From positions 64,001-128,000 of the IMG/VR virus record IMGVR_UViG_3300031867_000003: DNA of 64,000 nt; one strand, 5' to 3'. The stretch comes from a virus. Lineage: Duplodnaviria; Caudoviricetes. Below the pieces are notes generated by a model that searched no databases, had not been told where the DNA came from, and saw only the letters and a list, made by a program, of their open reading frames with translations. A program made the translations under genes and the position numbers. Below are positions 31,238-43,812 of this stretch, piece after piece; the stretch's first letter is position 1, and the number at the start of each line of letters is the position of its first letter.

Positions 31238-34200
31238 TAAAATCATCCTCCTCTCCAATTGCGTATCCGTCGTCGGTTACGATAATAAAATTGTCATTTG
31301 ATGTGATGGGTGATGAGGGTACATGTTGATATGCGTCATCATTGTGTTTCCAGTAGGTTATTTCTACATCGGAGTTTGAATTGCTCCAGATGGTATTTGC
31401 GCCACGTAGGGTGGTGAGAGTTTGGGGGTCGATGGGGTAGACCGTCGGCGAATATACCTCACGAACAAGTTGAATATTATTATCAATAAACCATTGTCTT
31501 GCTGTATCTGCTGTTAAGGGTGTTTCAGAATGAATAAGAGTATGAAATCTATTAGATTGATTGAGTAATACATAATCTAATTCGTATCCAATCTCTAATG
31601 TACTAGACTTCTTATATCCGTATGATAATTTTGAACACATACTATTATTTGAAGATCCATATCCTTTTCCACCAACTCCACCAAATCCAACTTCATAGTA
31701 TCCATTACCTAAATCATTAAAAAGGTTTGTTTTGTTTAAATAAACATACTCTTTCCATGTTTCCACAATCTCCCCATTAATCAAATCCACATATCCGCCA
31801 TAGATTGTTTTAGGAAATGGAATAGTGATAAATGTACCGCTTGTATCATAAGGTGTAGGAGATGAACCATATTCAAGCTGTAATTCAATGCCCTTAGTTG
31901 TATTATGATATTCACATCTCCAATAATATGCATCTTCTTTTAATGTGAATGACCTATAAAATCGTCCTGGAGTGTATTGAGATGTCCATGTCATAGTCCA
32001 ATAATCAATTTGTGTTTTATCTTTACGATAATATCTTATTTTATTAGCATAGTTTGCTGAACCTACAACCACTGTTCCTTTTGGTATATGACAATATGCA
32101 AAACCATCTTCATCTGGATTTTCAGCATCTAATAAATTTCTATCTACTCTTGCCATAGTTATAGAATCCCATCCCTCAATGGGACAAATGTTGGAGTAAG
32201 GTTCATAACTAGTCGCGGAACTACCAGATTCTAGCTGATAGTTATATAAAGCAAGAGAAGTAGTAGAACCATTCTTTATTACAAATAATCTAATATCTTT
32301 TTCTTCTTCAATAGTAAAAGTTAATAAATTTGAATTTGCACTACTAACCATACCAGTATCATCATTTTTAGCAATTACATCCGCCGTTGTATTAACAGAA
32401 AATGTATATGTTCCAGCTTTTAAATGAATAGATCCATTTGGGGTTGATGAAGACACGGTGCCACCAAAAACAATAGCTCCATTATTTTCTTCGAAATTAT
32501 TTTGATCCAACAAATTCTTCCCACTTCCCCCAATCCACGGCTTATCATACCCATGGAGGTCTTGCTTCGGCAAAAACCATACCTTACATTCCTTCAAATC
32601 CGCCGCCATATCCGTACCAAAGCTAATAATACTGTTTTTGGCGGTCACTGTATGCGGCGTCGCTGTAAAGATATTTTTCCTGGACTCTATTGGATCAAAC
32701 ACCCCGATGTAATCATATTCGATTTCAATGCGGTCGGCATTGCTCCAGAAGTTGTTGTCGAACATGAGGGTACTTAGGGTGGTGGGGGAGAGTTGGTGAG
32801 TAGTGTAAAAACTATCATTAATAAATGGATAGGCAATATAATGACCAGCATATTTTGTTTTAAACTCTTCCACGGTTGACACCGTACTATCATAAATATA
32901 CATTGATGTCCCTTGAAATGTACCATCAGCAGTTGCAGTAGCATTTTCTAAACAATCGCATAATATCTCATTTGAAGCTTTAACACAGTATCCTTTTCCT
33001 GATACCCAATGTCTTAATAAAAAACGATGTAACCATGGCTCACCAGCACCAGAAGATTTTTCAATACTTGAAAATTCGCTCATATCTCGTCTTTCCCAAG
33101 TTTCCACCAATTCTCCGCTCACCAAATCTACATACCCACCATACACAGTCCCAACATCCTCGGACCAATCAATATCATAGCGGTTGACCGCGGGGCCGGT
33201 GACAAATTCGCCAGTTCCAGAATTGGTGTAGAATTGACCGGAGACCGCATCATACATTCCGGCGACTTTGTCAGATTTGCGGTAACAAGGGATAAGGTTA
33301 AATGCCAGATTTTCACCGTCATATAATGCAATTGAGTAACATTTGCAACCAAACATATGAGTTGAAGCACCGTCTGCAAAAAGTTGAACAGGTTTAGTTG
33401 ATTTAATACTGTTTGTATGCGTTGCTGTATATGTTTTGCCATTAACGACCATTGTTTTCTCGTTACTATCAAGATTATAGGTTGCTTCAAAATTATATTT
33501 TGTATCTACTGTGCTACTGTAAGCGTCCGTAGTCACATTAGTTTCACTCGATTGATACTCCCTAGAGTATCCAAAAAACTTGTATTGATAGATGCCAACA
33601 ACAAAACGTCCTGTTCTAGTATCCTGATTTCCAATCAAATCGCGTTCAGATGATATAGTCTTTGTTGTGAAATCAGCCAAAATCTTTATATTCTCTGTTT
33701 GCACATAATAGTTCGTATCTATATACTGCGTCCCTGTACTCTCCAAATATTCAACCTATTGATACTCCTTCGGCAATGAAAGGTTGGTTTTATAGGGAGT
33801 ATATTCGGTAGCTTCTGAGCCACGTTCAAGTTGAAGATTATAAATTCTATTTACAGCAGTTTTTGACGCATTCCCAAAGCAATTAAGAGATAGATTAATA
33901 CAGAAATCTTCTTCTGCCGTAAATGTTGTTGTAATATGACCGCTATCGTTACTAGCCTGTGGAATAGTCTTATATGAAGCTGTCCATGCCAAAGATGGTT
34001 TTCCAATAATACATGGTCTCCAATAATAATTTCCAATACCATTTATATAATCAAATGATAACGTATACGTACCAGGTGGAAGTAAATTGTCATAAACGAA
34101 TACGCCTATATCTCGTTGACCGGAAATAATAGTTCCAGATAATTCACCACTGGCAAAAATCATATCATTTGGTTCGGTTTTAACATTAGATGGATGATGA

Positions 34201-34439
34201 TAACTATTTATATTTGTTTCTAATAAATTCTTCCCACAATGATTTACCTCAACCCCAGTCCAACCGCTAATCGGCCGCACATTCTCAGGACTAGGAGTTC
34301 CGCTCCCTTCTTGCTTCGGACTAAAATATACCTTAAAACTACGTATTCTCTGGCTTCTGGGAGTGTAAAAATTCAAAAATTCCCCCGATAAAATCTTCGT
34401 TTTATCATTTGTCATAATTTCGTTCGTTACGTCTGCCAT
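31227..34439 (-). CDS. Mosaic tail fibre/receptor-binding protein (1070 aa, 1 TAG)
   Basis: ORFs 33756..34439 and 31227..33746 joined by 'EYQ*VEYLESTGTQYIDT'; repeated 'YGGYVDLxxGExVETW' boxes. Confidence 0.8.
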
Positions 34440-34966
34440 GATGCCACACTCCCATAAGTTGCATTCTCAATGCTGATTGCGTATGTATAACCGGATTCAA
34501 TCACAAACCATTCGGGCATTTTGACAGTTGCGGGAAGAGTAAGAGTCGGAACAGTAGTACCGGCAGAAAATATTACTTCAGTGACACCTTCGCTTGGAGG
34601 AGTGAATGTTAACGAAGTAACCTCACCACATACATAGCGAGTGTTGGGGTTAGCTGTGATAGTAGGAGTAGTTCCCGTCACATTTATTTCAATACCGTCT
34701 TGGAAGCTATCGGCTACTACAGCTTTAACATCGGACTCGGTCTAATAACCGGCTCCGTTAGTTAACTGATTATTATTAGTAGGAATTGCCGCTTCAACTC
34801 TGTTAATCTCATCATCAACGTAAGTAGTAGTAGAATAACCGGCACCGTTTGTTAGTTGATTATTATTAGTGGGAATCGCCGCGTTAACTTCGGTAATTTC
34901 CCCATCTATATATTGTTTTGTTTTCTAAAGAGATGCTTGCAATTGATCTAATGTCGTAATTGCCAT
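34427..34966 (-). CDS. Tail-associated protein with IPTNNNQLTNGAGY repeats, 2 TAG
   Basis: GAGGTG RBS; MAITTLDQLQASL*K... Confidence 0.75.
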
Positions 34967-35004
34967 TATTATTCACCTCATTTCTTTAATAATTAATTAT
35001 ATAA

Positions 35005-36003
35005 TTAAGCTTTATATTTGTTGTACGATGTACGAAGAGTAGTGTCATCCAAACAAATATAAGCAGTAGTAGTATTAATATTGGAATGTCCCATAAGCTT
35101 TTGGATTTCATGAATATCCATACCGCGTTTAGATAAGTTCGTTGCAAATGTACGTCTCATGCGGTGAGGGTGTGCATTGTCCACGTTCGCACGTTTAGCA
35201 AGTTGGTTAAGAATAAACCTAACTCCGCCGGAATTTAACGGCTCATGATTGTGATTATAAAACAACATATTACCGGTTTCCGGGCGGTTATTCAGATAAT
35301 AACTCACGTATTTAACAGCCAAATCATTAGTATAAACCATTCGCTCCTTTGCACCTTTGCCGTGGCGAACATGAACGGAATAATCTATTAGATTAACATC
35401 GGTAGTTTTCATAGCAGTTAACTCCGATACCCTGATTCCGGTACTTAACAACATTTCAATTAACGCTCGTTCCTTCGCTGTTTTACATGCACACCGAAGA
35501 GCGTCAATTTCGACGTCGGAGAACGGTTTCTTGATTTCATCCGTATATTTTACCGGTTTAAGTTTGGCAATCGGATTCTTATCCAATATATCTTCATTAG
35601 TCATCCACTGGAAGAATGCGCTTAGATTTGCCCTGGTATTTTCAAGAGTGCGATTAGATACCTTTCTATCTTTCTCCATCGCTAGGAACATTCGTATATC
35701 ATAAATTCCCATCTCGGGAAACGGTTTATTAATTCTATCAGATAGTTTCTTTATGGTTCTGATATACTGATAGATAGTATTTTGGCTTTTACCTTCAATA
35801 ACTAGACAACCAATATAGCGGCTGATTAGCCTGGTATTAGTGTCATCGAGCGGAACAATTTCCGTGCAACGCTCAGTTACCTCATAGTCATTCAGTGTGA
35901 GAATAACCGTATCTGAAATAACCGATAGTTGCTCGGAAGTAAATAATCCGCATAATTTATTTTCAATTGTTTTAACTATTTCCATGCGATAATCCATTGA
36001 CAA
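35005..36003 (-). CDS. XerC/D-like tyrosine recombinase within the tail module (no TAG)
   Basis: STGIRVSEL, HGKGAKER, HPHRMRRTFAT, LMGHSNINTT..Y. Confidence 0.95.
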   Translation of the reverse strand: MSMDYRMEIVKTIENKLCGLFTSEQLSVISDTVILTLNDYEVTERCTEIVPLDDTNTRLISRYIGCLVIEGKSQNTIYQYIRTIKKLSDRINKPFPEMGIYDIRMFLAMEKDRKVSNRTLENTRANLSAFFQWMTNEDILDKNPIAKLKPVKYTDEIKKPFSDVEIDALRCACKTAKERALIEMLLSTGIRVSELTAMKTTDVNLIDYSVHVRHGKGAKERMVYTNDLAVKYVSYYLNNRPETGNMLFYNHNHEPLNSGGVRFILNQLAKRANVDNAHPHRMRRTFATNLSKRGMDIHEIQKLMGHSNINTTTAYICLDDTTLRTSYNKYKA

Positions 36004-36036
36004 CCCTCCCTATGCGTTTAATAATTAATCAATAGA

Positions 36037-36066
36037 ATTATAGCATAAGAAGGATTCTAATGTCAA
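36037..36066 (-). promoter_or_regulatory. Consensus SigA promoter for the tail-module recombinase
   Basis: Minus strand TTGACA-18 bp-TATAAT with extended -10 TG. Confidence 0.8.
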
Positions 36067-36087
36067 CAATATGGTATTTAATAAATA

Positions 36088-36111
36088 ATTATAAGTGTGC
36101 TTTAAGTTAGT
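36088..36111. repeat. Putative recombination site B (ATTATAA-GTGTGC-TTTAAGT-TAGT)
   Basis: 7-6-7 arm/spacer layout; right arm is the perfect inverted repeat of ACTTAAA at 38067-38073; GTGTGCTTTAA recurs at 36202-36212. Confidence 0.55.
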
Positions 36112-36221
36112 AGTGCTATCGGTCTACAATTCCGTCCGATTATCGGAGGCTTGCTGAGTTCTAATGTTTTTTCAGAGCATTCGCCGTTTGTTTTTAAAAT
36201 TGTGTGCTTTAAAAGAGTTGA

Positions 36222-38294
36222 TTAGCTGTTTAATAGATTGTGCATATATCCATTGTATGCAATACCAAACGCTTCATAACCATACTGTGACGGATGCACG
36301 TTATCTGTATATACAGTTATCTGTGTTGGATTGTTGTATGTTGCATTAACTTGTGCTGTTACAAAATCATACATATTATCAAGATTAAGATTTTGATAAA
36401 CAATGTTTGCATTTGTATATGCGACAACCTGATTGTAACGGAAGCAAGCTAAATCAAATTCTTGATTATTCTGCATATACTTTCCTGTTCCGGTGTTATT
36501 CGCTGCAACATTACTTCCTACCATTACCGTAATTATTATATCAGCATTATAACTATGTATGCTGTTAATAATCTGTTGCATACGAGGTATTATGCTTGTA
36601 GAAAAACCATTATTTCTACCGAGTAATATATTAACAATTTCAACATCGTTAAATGATGTGTTGTTTGCCATGTAATAGCTAAAATCAAATGTTTGTGTTG
36701 TAGGGTTGTAAAATGGATTTGTAACACCACCTTTTGATGCAGAGAAGTAATCATTAACACTCCACCCGTTTCGACCTTCATGCAAATATGGTGCTGTTCC
36801 TCTTGATCCATACAATGTGACTTTTCCTTCATTGTGGTCATAAAACCATTTTTGAATATATTCGGCATTTGTGTATGAGTCACCTAAGAAAAGATATTTT
36901 TTAGGTGGCAATTCTGATATATTGCAATGAACAATAATCTGCTTACTTGCCACTTGTATTCCTTCTCTTTTAAATTTTATGGTTACGGTGATGTTTTTGG
37001 TTGACCTCACATTAAACTGAATATATCTGTCAGAGTATGTTATCTCTGGATAAGTGGCGCCTGTTGCTTCTACAACAAAATATCCATCATTTGCACCTCT
37101 GCAAAGTTCGTTGAAATATATTCTCTGTTGTACATTGGTTATATATACATCGGTTAATGGTAAGAACCTTATAATGCCAGAAGTTCGCATAATGCACGCT
37201 TCCTCTATTTTCGTTGATTCTATTGTAAGTCCTAAACCATTGGCTAATGTTATTTTGGACCAATCAACAACTGCTTTTGCAAGAAGTATGTTGTTGCTGT
37301 CGTAAATATATACTGTTTCAGTCGGTAAATCATTTCTGGAAGGTCTTGGAGCAGACACATAAATTCCGGTTCTTCCGCTTGTGCTTCTAATCTCCATTTG
37401 CGATGTATGCTGACTGGCATGATAAGCAAACAGTGCAGACACGTAATAATCGTCGTTATCATCCGCATATACCACTAAATCCTCTATCCCATTTTGTTCC
37501 CTTGAGTATACAATTTGTGCTGGGTATCCCGGTCTGTATAACGTAGAATCAGCAGTAAAAGGGTATATTCCTTGCGTTTCAAGAAAAGAAGCAAGCTTGT
37601 TTAGTGTAACAAGATCATTGTTTATCAACTTTACAGATGCAAACAAGGAAGCATTTGAGGGGGTATAAGCGGAAAATGTCGGGTCAATAATACCATTATA
37701 TCGTATCATTGGTCTAAAAATGACATTATCAAACGTTCTGTTTGCAGTAGTGTAAAACCTAAGTCGATAAAGTCCTGTATATGGTGCTGTAAAAACAACA
37801 TCAGATGGACCATTAACGGTGGCAACTATATCATTTTCTTCAGTTAGAATCTGCAAATTCATGTTTGCCTGTCCACCATTAAGAATGTATTGTTCATTTT
37901 CTATAAGATTGACTGTTTGAACATTTGCATATAACTTGCCTGTAGTGGTCCCATTTACGGTATATGTCCCATCTGAATTTGCTATTATTGATAATCCCAC
38001 TACAGACGGACTATTATATGTTGATGGCTGTAGCAGGTTTTTTGCTCCCATTTTATTCTGATACACACTTAAATCTGCCTTTATCTAAGATACATCATCG
38101 ACAAGTTCCTAGTAATCCGCCGGCGCATCTCCGCCACCGGTCGGTAAATTTTCCACGGTCTCAGTAAGACTATCTAAATCCGTTTGTAGCTGCCCAACGT
38201 CAGTATTGAGCGATTCTACTCCGGTTTCTATATTATTCATTTTATTGGCAGTGATGATATCTCCATCACTCCATGTAGTTTTCGTATAACTCAT
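36222..38294 (-). CDS. Tail spike-like protein with C-terminal SGNH/GDSL esterase (690 aa; 2 TAG, both in the N-terminal anchor)
   Basis: MSYTKTTWSDGDIITANKMNNIE...DY*ELVDDVS*IKADLSVYQNK...; SGNH blocks FLGDS, GRNGW, LGRNN, DNVHP. Confidence 0.85.
38067..38086. repeat. Putative recombination site A inside the spike gene (codons IKADLS)
   Basis: ACTTAAA-TCTGCC-TTTATCT; marks the change from TAG-using anchor to TAG-free body. Confidence 0.55.
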
Positions 38295-38307
38295 ACCAAT
38301 CCTCCTC

Positions 38308-40305
38308 TCATGAGAATACCTAATTCAACATTGTTGTTACAGAAGCATCGGTTGCTATGTCGGCATCCGTTAGGTAGCCGGTTAAATCAACTTTGGTGTC
38401 ACCAATCTATTCGAATTTATCTCCGGTGTAAATATATTCATAAAAGATATTATTAGTTGTGGCAATAGTAGCAGTACCAACTTGTGCTGTTCCGGTTATT
38501 GAATTGTTATCAATCCCTGTGTCGCCAATTGGCTTTGGCACAAGATAAATTACTCCAAGTTCGCCGGTTAATGTCGGGATGTAGGTAGTTGAATTATATT
38601 CACCGGGTTCGCAAACGTGATAGCGAGTGTTGACGAGATTATCTATTGCACTAGATATATCTGAGGACGTTGCGAAGCCTAACATAGTTTTGATGGCAGT
38701 CTTAGCTTCATCAGTATAGGTTCCTACGGCATTTGCGGATGCCGATTGAGTTGTATCACCGGCTGCTTTAGCTAAACCATAGAAAGTTGCAATATGCTAC
38801 CGAGCAGTATTAACTGCATATTTCGTATTATTGCCAAGCTTTAGAGAAAGATCTGTAGGATTAGTAGGCGATAGTACACCATTAGAATCAACATAAATCC
38901 CATTGGTAGAAACCACCTTTACTACCCCCGCTTTATTACCTGTAGCAATATCATCAAATGTCACATAATTACTCAAATCAATATCCAAAGTTCCAAGCCG
39001 TTCATACTTATCCGTAATCCAGATGTACTCATCAAAAACATCATTCGTCCCATGAGTGTGAGCAACCAGATAAATCACGCCTTTAGTTCCGGTAGCCGGG
39101 AGTTCAGTAACAACCTGGAATTCAAAACTGGTTATATCACTGATAGCGTCGGCGATTGCTGAGTCAATTCCTAACATAGATTGGATTGCGGTTTTTGCGG
39201 AATCGGTATATGTTCCGACAGCATTGGAAGATTGACTCTGTGTTGTGTCTCCAGCTGCTTTTGCGAGGCCGTAAAATACAGATTTATGTTGCTGTGACGG
39301 TACAATCGGTCTGAAATTATTAGTGCCATTATGGCAATCGTTATCTTCTGCTTTTACAACAGCAATAAATTCACTCCCACCAACTTCCAATCCGTATGCT
39401 CTATTTGTTTTTATAACACCTGCCGCATTGGTGCTAGAAATCGGAATATTAGCCACCTTGTTCTCAAGTATGCTCGTTCCGTTAACCTAAACATCATCAA
39501 CCTTACCAGCTTCACCAAATTCCCATGAAGTTACCTTGCCGTCGGAAACCGTCTTTGGCATCATAGCTTTACCGACATCAGTAGCAGTAGCGGTACCATA
39601 CTGGAGAGTATCTTCTTTAGTAGCTAATCCATTGGTAAGTTCTGTAGTAGTAGCATAAGAAGAATCATTCTATAGCTAACTAACCTTAGTCGGAATACTT
39701 GCTTCAAGAGTATCAAGTTCTCCGTCAACGTACTATTTGGTAGCATAATCACTATCATTCTGTAGTTGACTGGTTTTGGTCGGAATCGCCGATTCAACGC
39801 CAGAAATTTCGTCATCAACATAACCTTTGGTTGTGTAGTCACTATCATTGGTCAAATCACTTGTCTTAGTCGGAATAGTGCCGGAAAGTTCCTCAAGCGC
39901 TTGAGTCATTTCTTGGGCAAGTTGATTATCTGCGTTATCAAATTCTTGTCTAATTGCAGTAGCAGTTTGAGATAACGACTAGTTAACCTCGGCAATCGCA
40001 TCACCGGTTGCTTTGGCATCAGCGGATTGTCCGGAGTTTGTCAGTGTTGCATCCACAAGTGGGATAGCAATGTTGACATTCTTTTGGTCAATAGCTTGCG
40101 CATTGCCATTGACCTGGATTGATTCTATTATGTTCTCCTAGGCACCGGATTCGATTGATTCCAATTTAGCCACATCGGCATCCGAATAGTTGTTATCGGA
40201 CAATGACTTCCCGGGTTCTTTGTCAACCTTTGTGGCTAATTTCTCCTTCATGTAGGTAACCAGAGTACGTACTCCGTCAAAAGAAAGAAATTTTGGTTTT
40301 GCCAT
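38308..40305 (-). CDS. Tail fibre-like protein with IPTKxSxLxNDS repeats (665 aa in code 15)
   Basis: MAKPKFLSFDGV...; duplicated 'FYGLAKAAGDTTQS...NAVGTYTD'; ends TGA. Confidence 0.8.
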
Positions 40306-40324
40306 AATGTATCACCCTCCTTTC

Positions 40325-40630
40325 TTATTCGTTATTTAATAAATTGTTGAGTTCCTCCTAGCTGATTTCGTCAGCCGGCAGCATAAATAATTCCTTTAGT
40401 TCGCCGATTAATTCTATACCGTTCAACGTTGGTAAGTTAGTAAGAGTCTCATAGTCAATCGTCGATAGATCGATCAAATCTGTCCATGAATCCTCGTCAA
40501 GGTATTTCCAGCGAAGCGTAGTTCCATCAATTGATAGCTCTACGGGGATACCGCGTAATGTTGCGTTACTAAGTAAACCAGTTAACTATAATTTTGGATT
40601 AATATTCCCATATAATGTTAAATCACTCAT
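40325..40630 (-). CDS. Small tail-associated protein, TAG=Gln
   Basis: GGAGG RBS; MSDLTLYGNINPKL*...DYETLTNLPTLNGIELIG. Confidence 0.7.
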
Positions 40631-40980
40631 GTCCATCTCCTCCAGTTGCCTACCTCCGGAAGTATTTTAAATCGCGTAGGCGGAATGGCAGTCGTCACAA
40701 AATCCGCACCAGCAAGTGTTACCTCAATGTCATAGAAGTAATCCCCGGGAGGAATATCGCTTTCCTCTGGATTAATCCGCAATTCCATCGTTTCGGGAGG
40801 AATAATCTTTTCAATAATTGGTTTTTCGTCATCGTCGGTTGACGATTTCAGCCCAAATTTGATGATATCATCGGGGCTTGGTTCATAAGGATTTCCGTCG
40901 GCATCGTTAAGAGATAACTATATGCAACAAGAATCAGCCCTAGTTAATCCAATAATATTTTTCTTTATCCAACAAGCCAT
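40627..40980 (-). CDS. BppU N-terminal-like baseplate protein, 1 TAG
   Basis: 'IGLTRADS...GNPYEP...IKFGLK...GDYFYDIEV'. Confidence 0.65.
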
Positions 40981-41058
40981 ACATTAATCACCTCCATAAA
41001 TCAAATAAGTCGGCTACCGAAAATATCCAATTCCGGCAACCGACCAACGTCGCGACAA

Positions 41059-41343
41059 TCAGCCATTTAATTTTGACCTCAAGTCCGCTATTAAATCACT
41101 ATATTTTACTCGTATCAAATTTGTTCCATTGCTCATAATAACATAATAATCATTGCTCAACGTTGTCTGCGCAGAAACCGCATTGATGTCTTGGGAATTA
41201 GCCGGGGTTCCGTAGAACCCATTAGCAAACCTCGCCGCTCCCGTGACCACCATATTGCCCGCGTAAACCTCGTCCGAGTTGATTGAATTAGCCCGTAGAT
41301 TATCCACGGTCGTTGTTTCTGCGATTTTTTCCGACATAATCAT
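41059..41343 (-). CDS. Small tail-associated protein
   Basis: GGAGG RBS; 'GNMVVTGAARFANG' also occurs in the 43813-50673 gene. Confidence 0.65.
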   Translation of the reverse strand: MIMSEKIAETTTVDNLRANSINSDEVYAGNMVVTGAARFANGFYGTPANSQDINAVSAQTTLSNDYYVIMSNGTNLIRVKYSDLIADLRSKLNG

Positions 41344-41349
41344 GCCTCC

Positions 41350-41979
41350 TCAATATTCTATAAATTCAGTAGTATCGATGCGCCCGTCATAAACTCGCAT
41401 TAGATCGCCGGTTTCGATAAACCCCGGCTATGAACCATCGACGTATCCCCAATCGGTAGTATGTGGTAACCACGAAGTTGCCTACGGGCTACCTATTTCA
41501 ATTTTAAGATTACGTATGTACCAAGTTTCCGGATTCCCTTCTGCCGGACCGGCATATGGTTGTACCGCTACGCTAAAGTTAGATACCGAGGCAATGTCTG
41601 TGGGCAATGTATAACTCATAACAGTTCTCCCTTTACCGACTAACTCTAATGAACCAGTACAAGGATATATTGTTGAGGTCAAAGTTCCGTCGGTTTTATA
41701 ATAGCGGAATGATAAATGACACCCATATCTTCGTCCAAGTGTAGAATGTCGCCCAGTATTAACATTACGTTCTCCCAGCGTACAGTAATCATACGAAAAC
41801 CAAAGTATTTTGCCTTGATTAGCAACAATAATATCAGCTATCCCAGGACAAGACACACTTCCCGTGAAAGAATGTGACGAATATGTTGTAATACACGAAT
41901 AATTACCTGCGATTAAGTTAGGAAATATGGGGCTTCCGGATGCCAATATAATTCCCGTTTTATTGAATGGTACTCCCAT
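41350..41979 (-). CDS. Carbohydrate-binding-like tail protein, 2 TAG
   Basis: 'RNLKIEIGSP*ATSWLP'; ends TGA. Confidence 0.7.
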
Positions 41980-41982
41980 GGA

Positions 41983-43761
41983 TTACACCTCCGATAATTC
42001 GCCTTGGGTTAGGAGAGTTCCGGAGTTACTCAGGCTGATAGGCGTATGATATAAATCTGCAATTTCATCGGCACTGAGAGCGGTGTTATATATTCTAAAA
42101 TCTGACATTTGGCAATCACAATTATGAACTCTCTTTCCTATGGTGTAATAATAATCCATAGAATTACTATCTGTAATTGTGTTTGTATACACAGATTTTC
42201 CATTCTAATACATTGTAATTACTCCATTATCATATGTAAGAGCATAATGTGCCCATTCACCTATGGTGTACGTCCAATTATAGTGATCGAACGGATATGT
42301 CGATTCTCCCTATCTAATTGTTAAGCTCATTTTATTGGCATTAGAAGCATGTAAGGCATTACATATAGAAAAAGTTCCGCTGACACCATTTAATGCCGCA
42401 GTATTCTGTAGAAGAAACATCCCCTCCCATTTTTTTTGCCAACTATTCACTTTGCCCCACCAGGCAATCGTAAATTCGTTACTTAAATGGATGGTGGAAG
42501 TATTATTAATAATATATGATGAGCCATCAAATGAGGAACTTGCAGAATACCGTGGTGTATCTCCAGAAGCGATGATAGTATCAACTTTAGTAGCATTATT
42601 TCCAAAACCGCTCACATCGTAAACCACATTACTATCTAATCCCATATCCGAATAGAGACTATCTGTCGAGTTGGGTATCCAAGGCGTCGGTGTATCACCC
42701 TCTTCAAGTTTGATACATTTTATCGAGACAGTTCCGGTTCCGGAACTCATATTATAAGTATTTCCTACCGCTCCCATTCTCGGACAAATCACATGTTTTA
42801 CGGCCGTTGTTTCATTCTAAGAATATGTTACCCAATAATGTTCCCACTCGGTAGACAATGTAAAATCCATATTCCCGTCACTAATTGTCTTTGTAATTCC
42901 TTGGCTACTTACGCAGGTTGTGGTTGTGTTTGGGCTATAAAAATGCGTTCGTATTTTATCGCCGTCAACAGTTGATTTTGCCCAAAACGATAATGTATAT
43001 TTCGAAGCCGTCGGAACAATAGCCGTGACACAACTCCATCTATCCGAGAATGAACTAGACGGATACTCAAAAGTTCTTTCTTCTGGCCAAGTATTCGGAA
43101 TAATATTATCTGCTCCAAAACCTTCTCGTGATAGCGGATAATGAAGCAGCAGCGCCTTGGATACTTCCTTGATCTCACGAGGAGAAAGAGCAGTATCATA
43201 AATGCGGAAATCATTAATTCTTCCATTCAGAGTAGTCGCTCCGGTTCTGTAATCTCTTCCTAAATAAAATAACCCTGAAGTTTTTGTTAATTTAATTAAC
43301 GAACTGGCATAAGTATCTGTTTGTAATGAACCATTTTTATATATACATATTTTACTCCCATCGTATGCAAGCACTATATGCACCCATGTGTTTATTTCTG
43401 CGGTAGTGTCTGTAAATATTTTATCCGGACCACCATTCCAGAAAAATCTAATTTGGTGACTAGCGGTTAGTTCAATGTTAAAATTAATATGTCCGGATAA
43501 TCCATAATCTCCAAATATAATCCCTCTTGTTGAATCTGCATGATATATCCAGAACATTATTGTAAACGGCTTATCGCCACCTTGTATTATATTATATAAA
43601 TTAGAATCATCTACACTAATAAAACTATTGCTGCCATTAAAACTATAGCAATTTCCTATTTTCCCGGACGTATTAATGGTGGCTCCGCTATTAGTGATAA
43701 CCGCGTTATCAAGCCCATAGTTATTAAGATTATTAATCAACGGTAACCATAAAGCTAACAT
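41983..43761 (-). CDS. LamG/concanavalin-A domain tail protein (592 aa, 2 TAG)
   Basis: Two LamG-like domains ('WVHIVLAYDG...INDFRIYDTALS', 'MSDFRIYNTALS'); ORFs 42817, 42310 and 41983 are in frame. Confidence 0.85.
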
Positions 43762-43812
43762 ACTCCACCTCCTCCCAATTAAATTTATTTTTCATTATCA
43801 TCAGTTCCTTTA

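Noticed and set aside
36101-38073. Classic invertible shufflon
   Set aside because: The two spacers differ and are not reverse complements, and the opposite strand carries no alternative C-terminal ORF.
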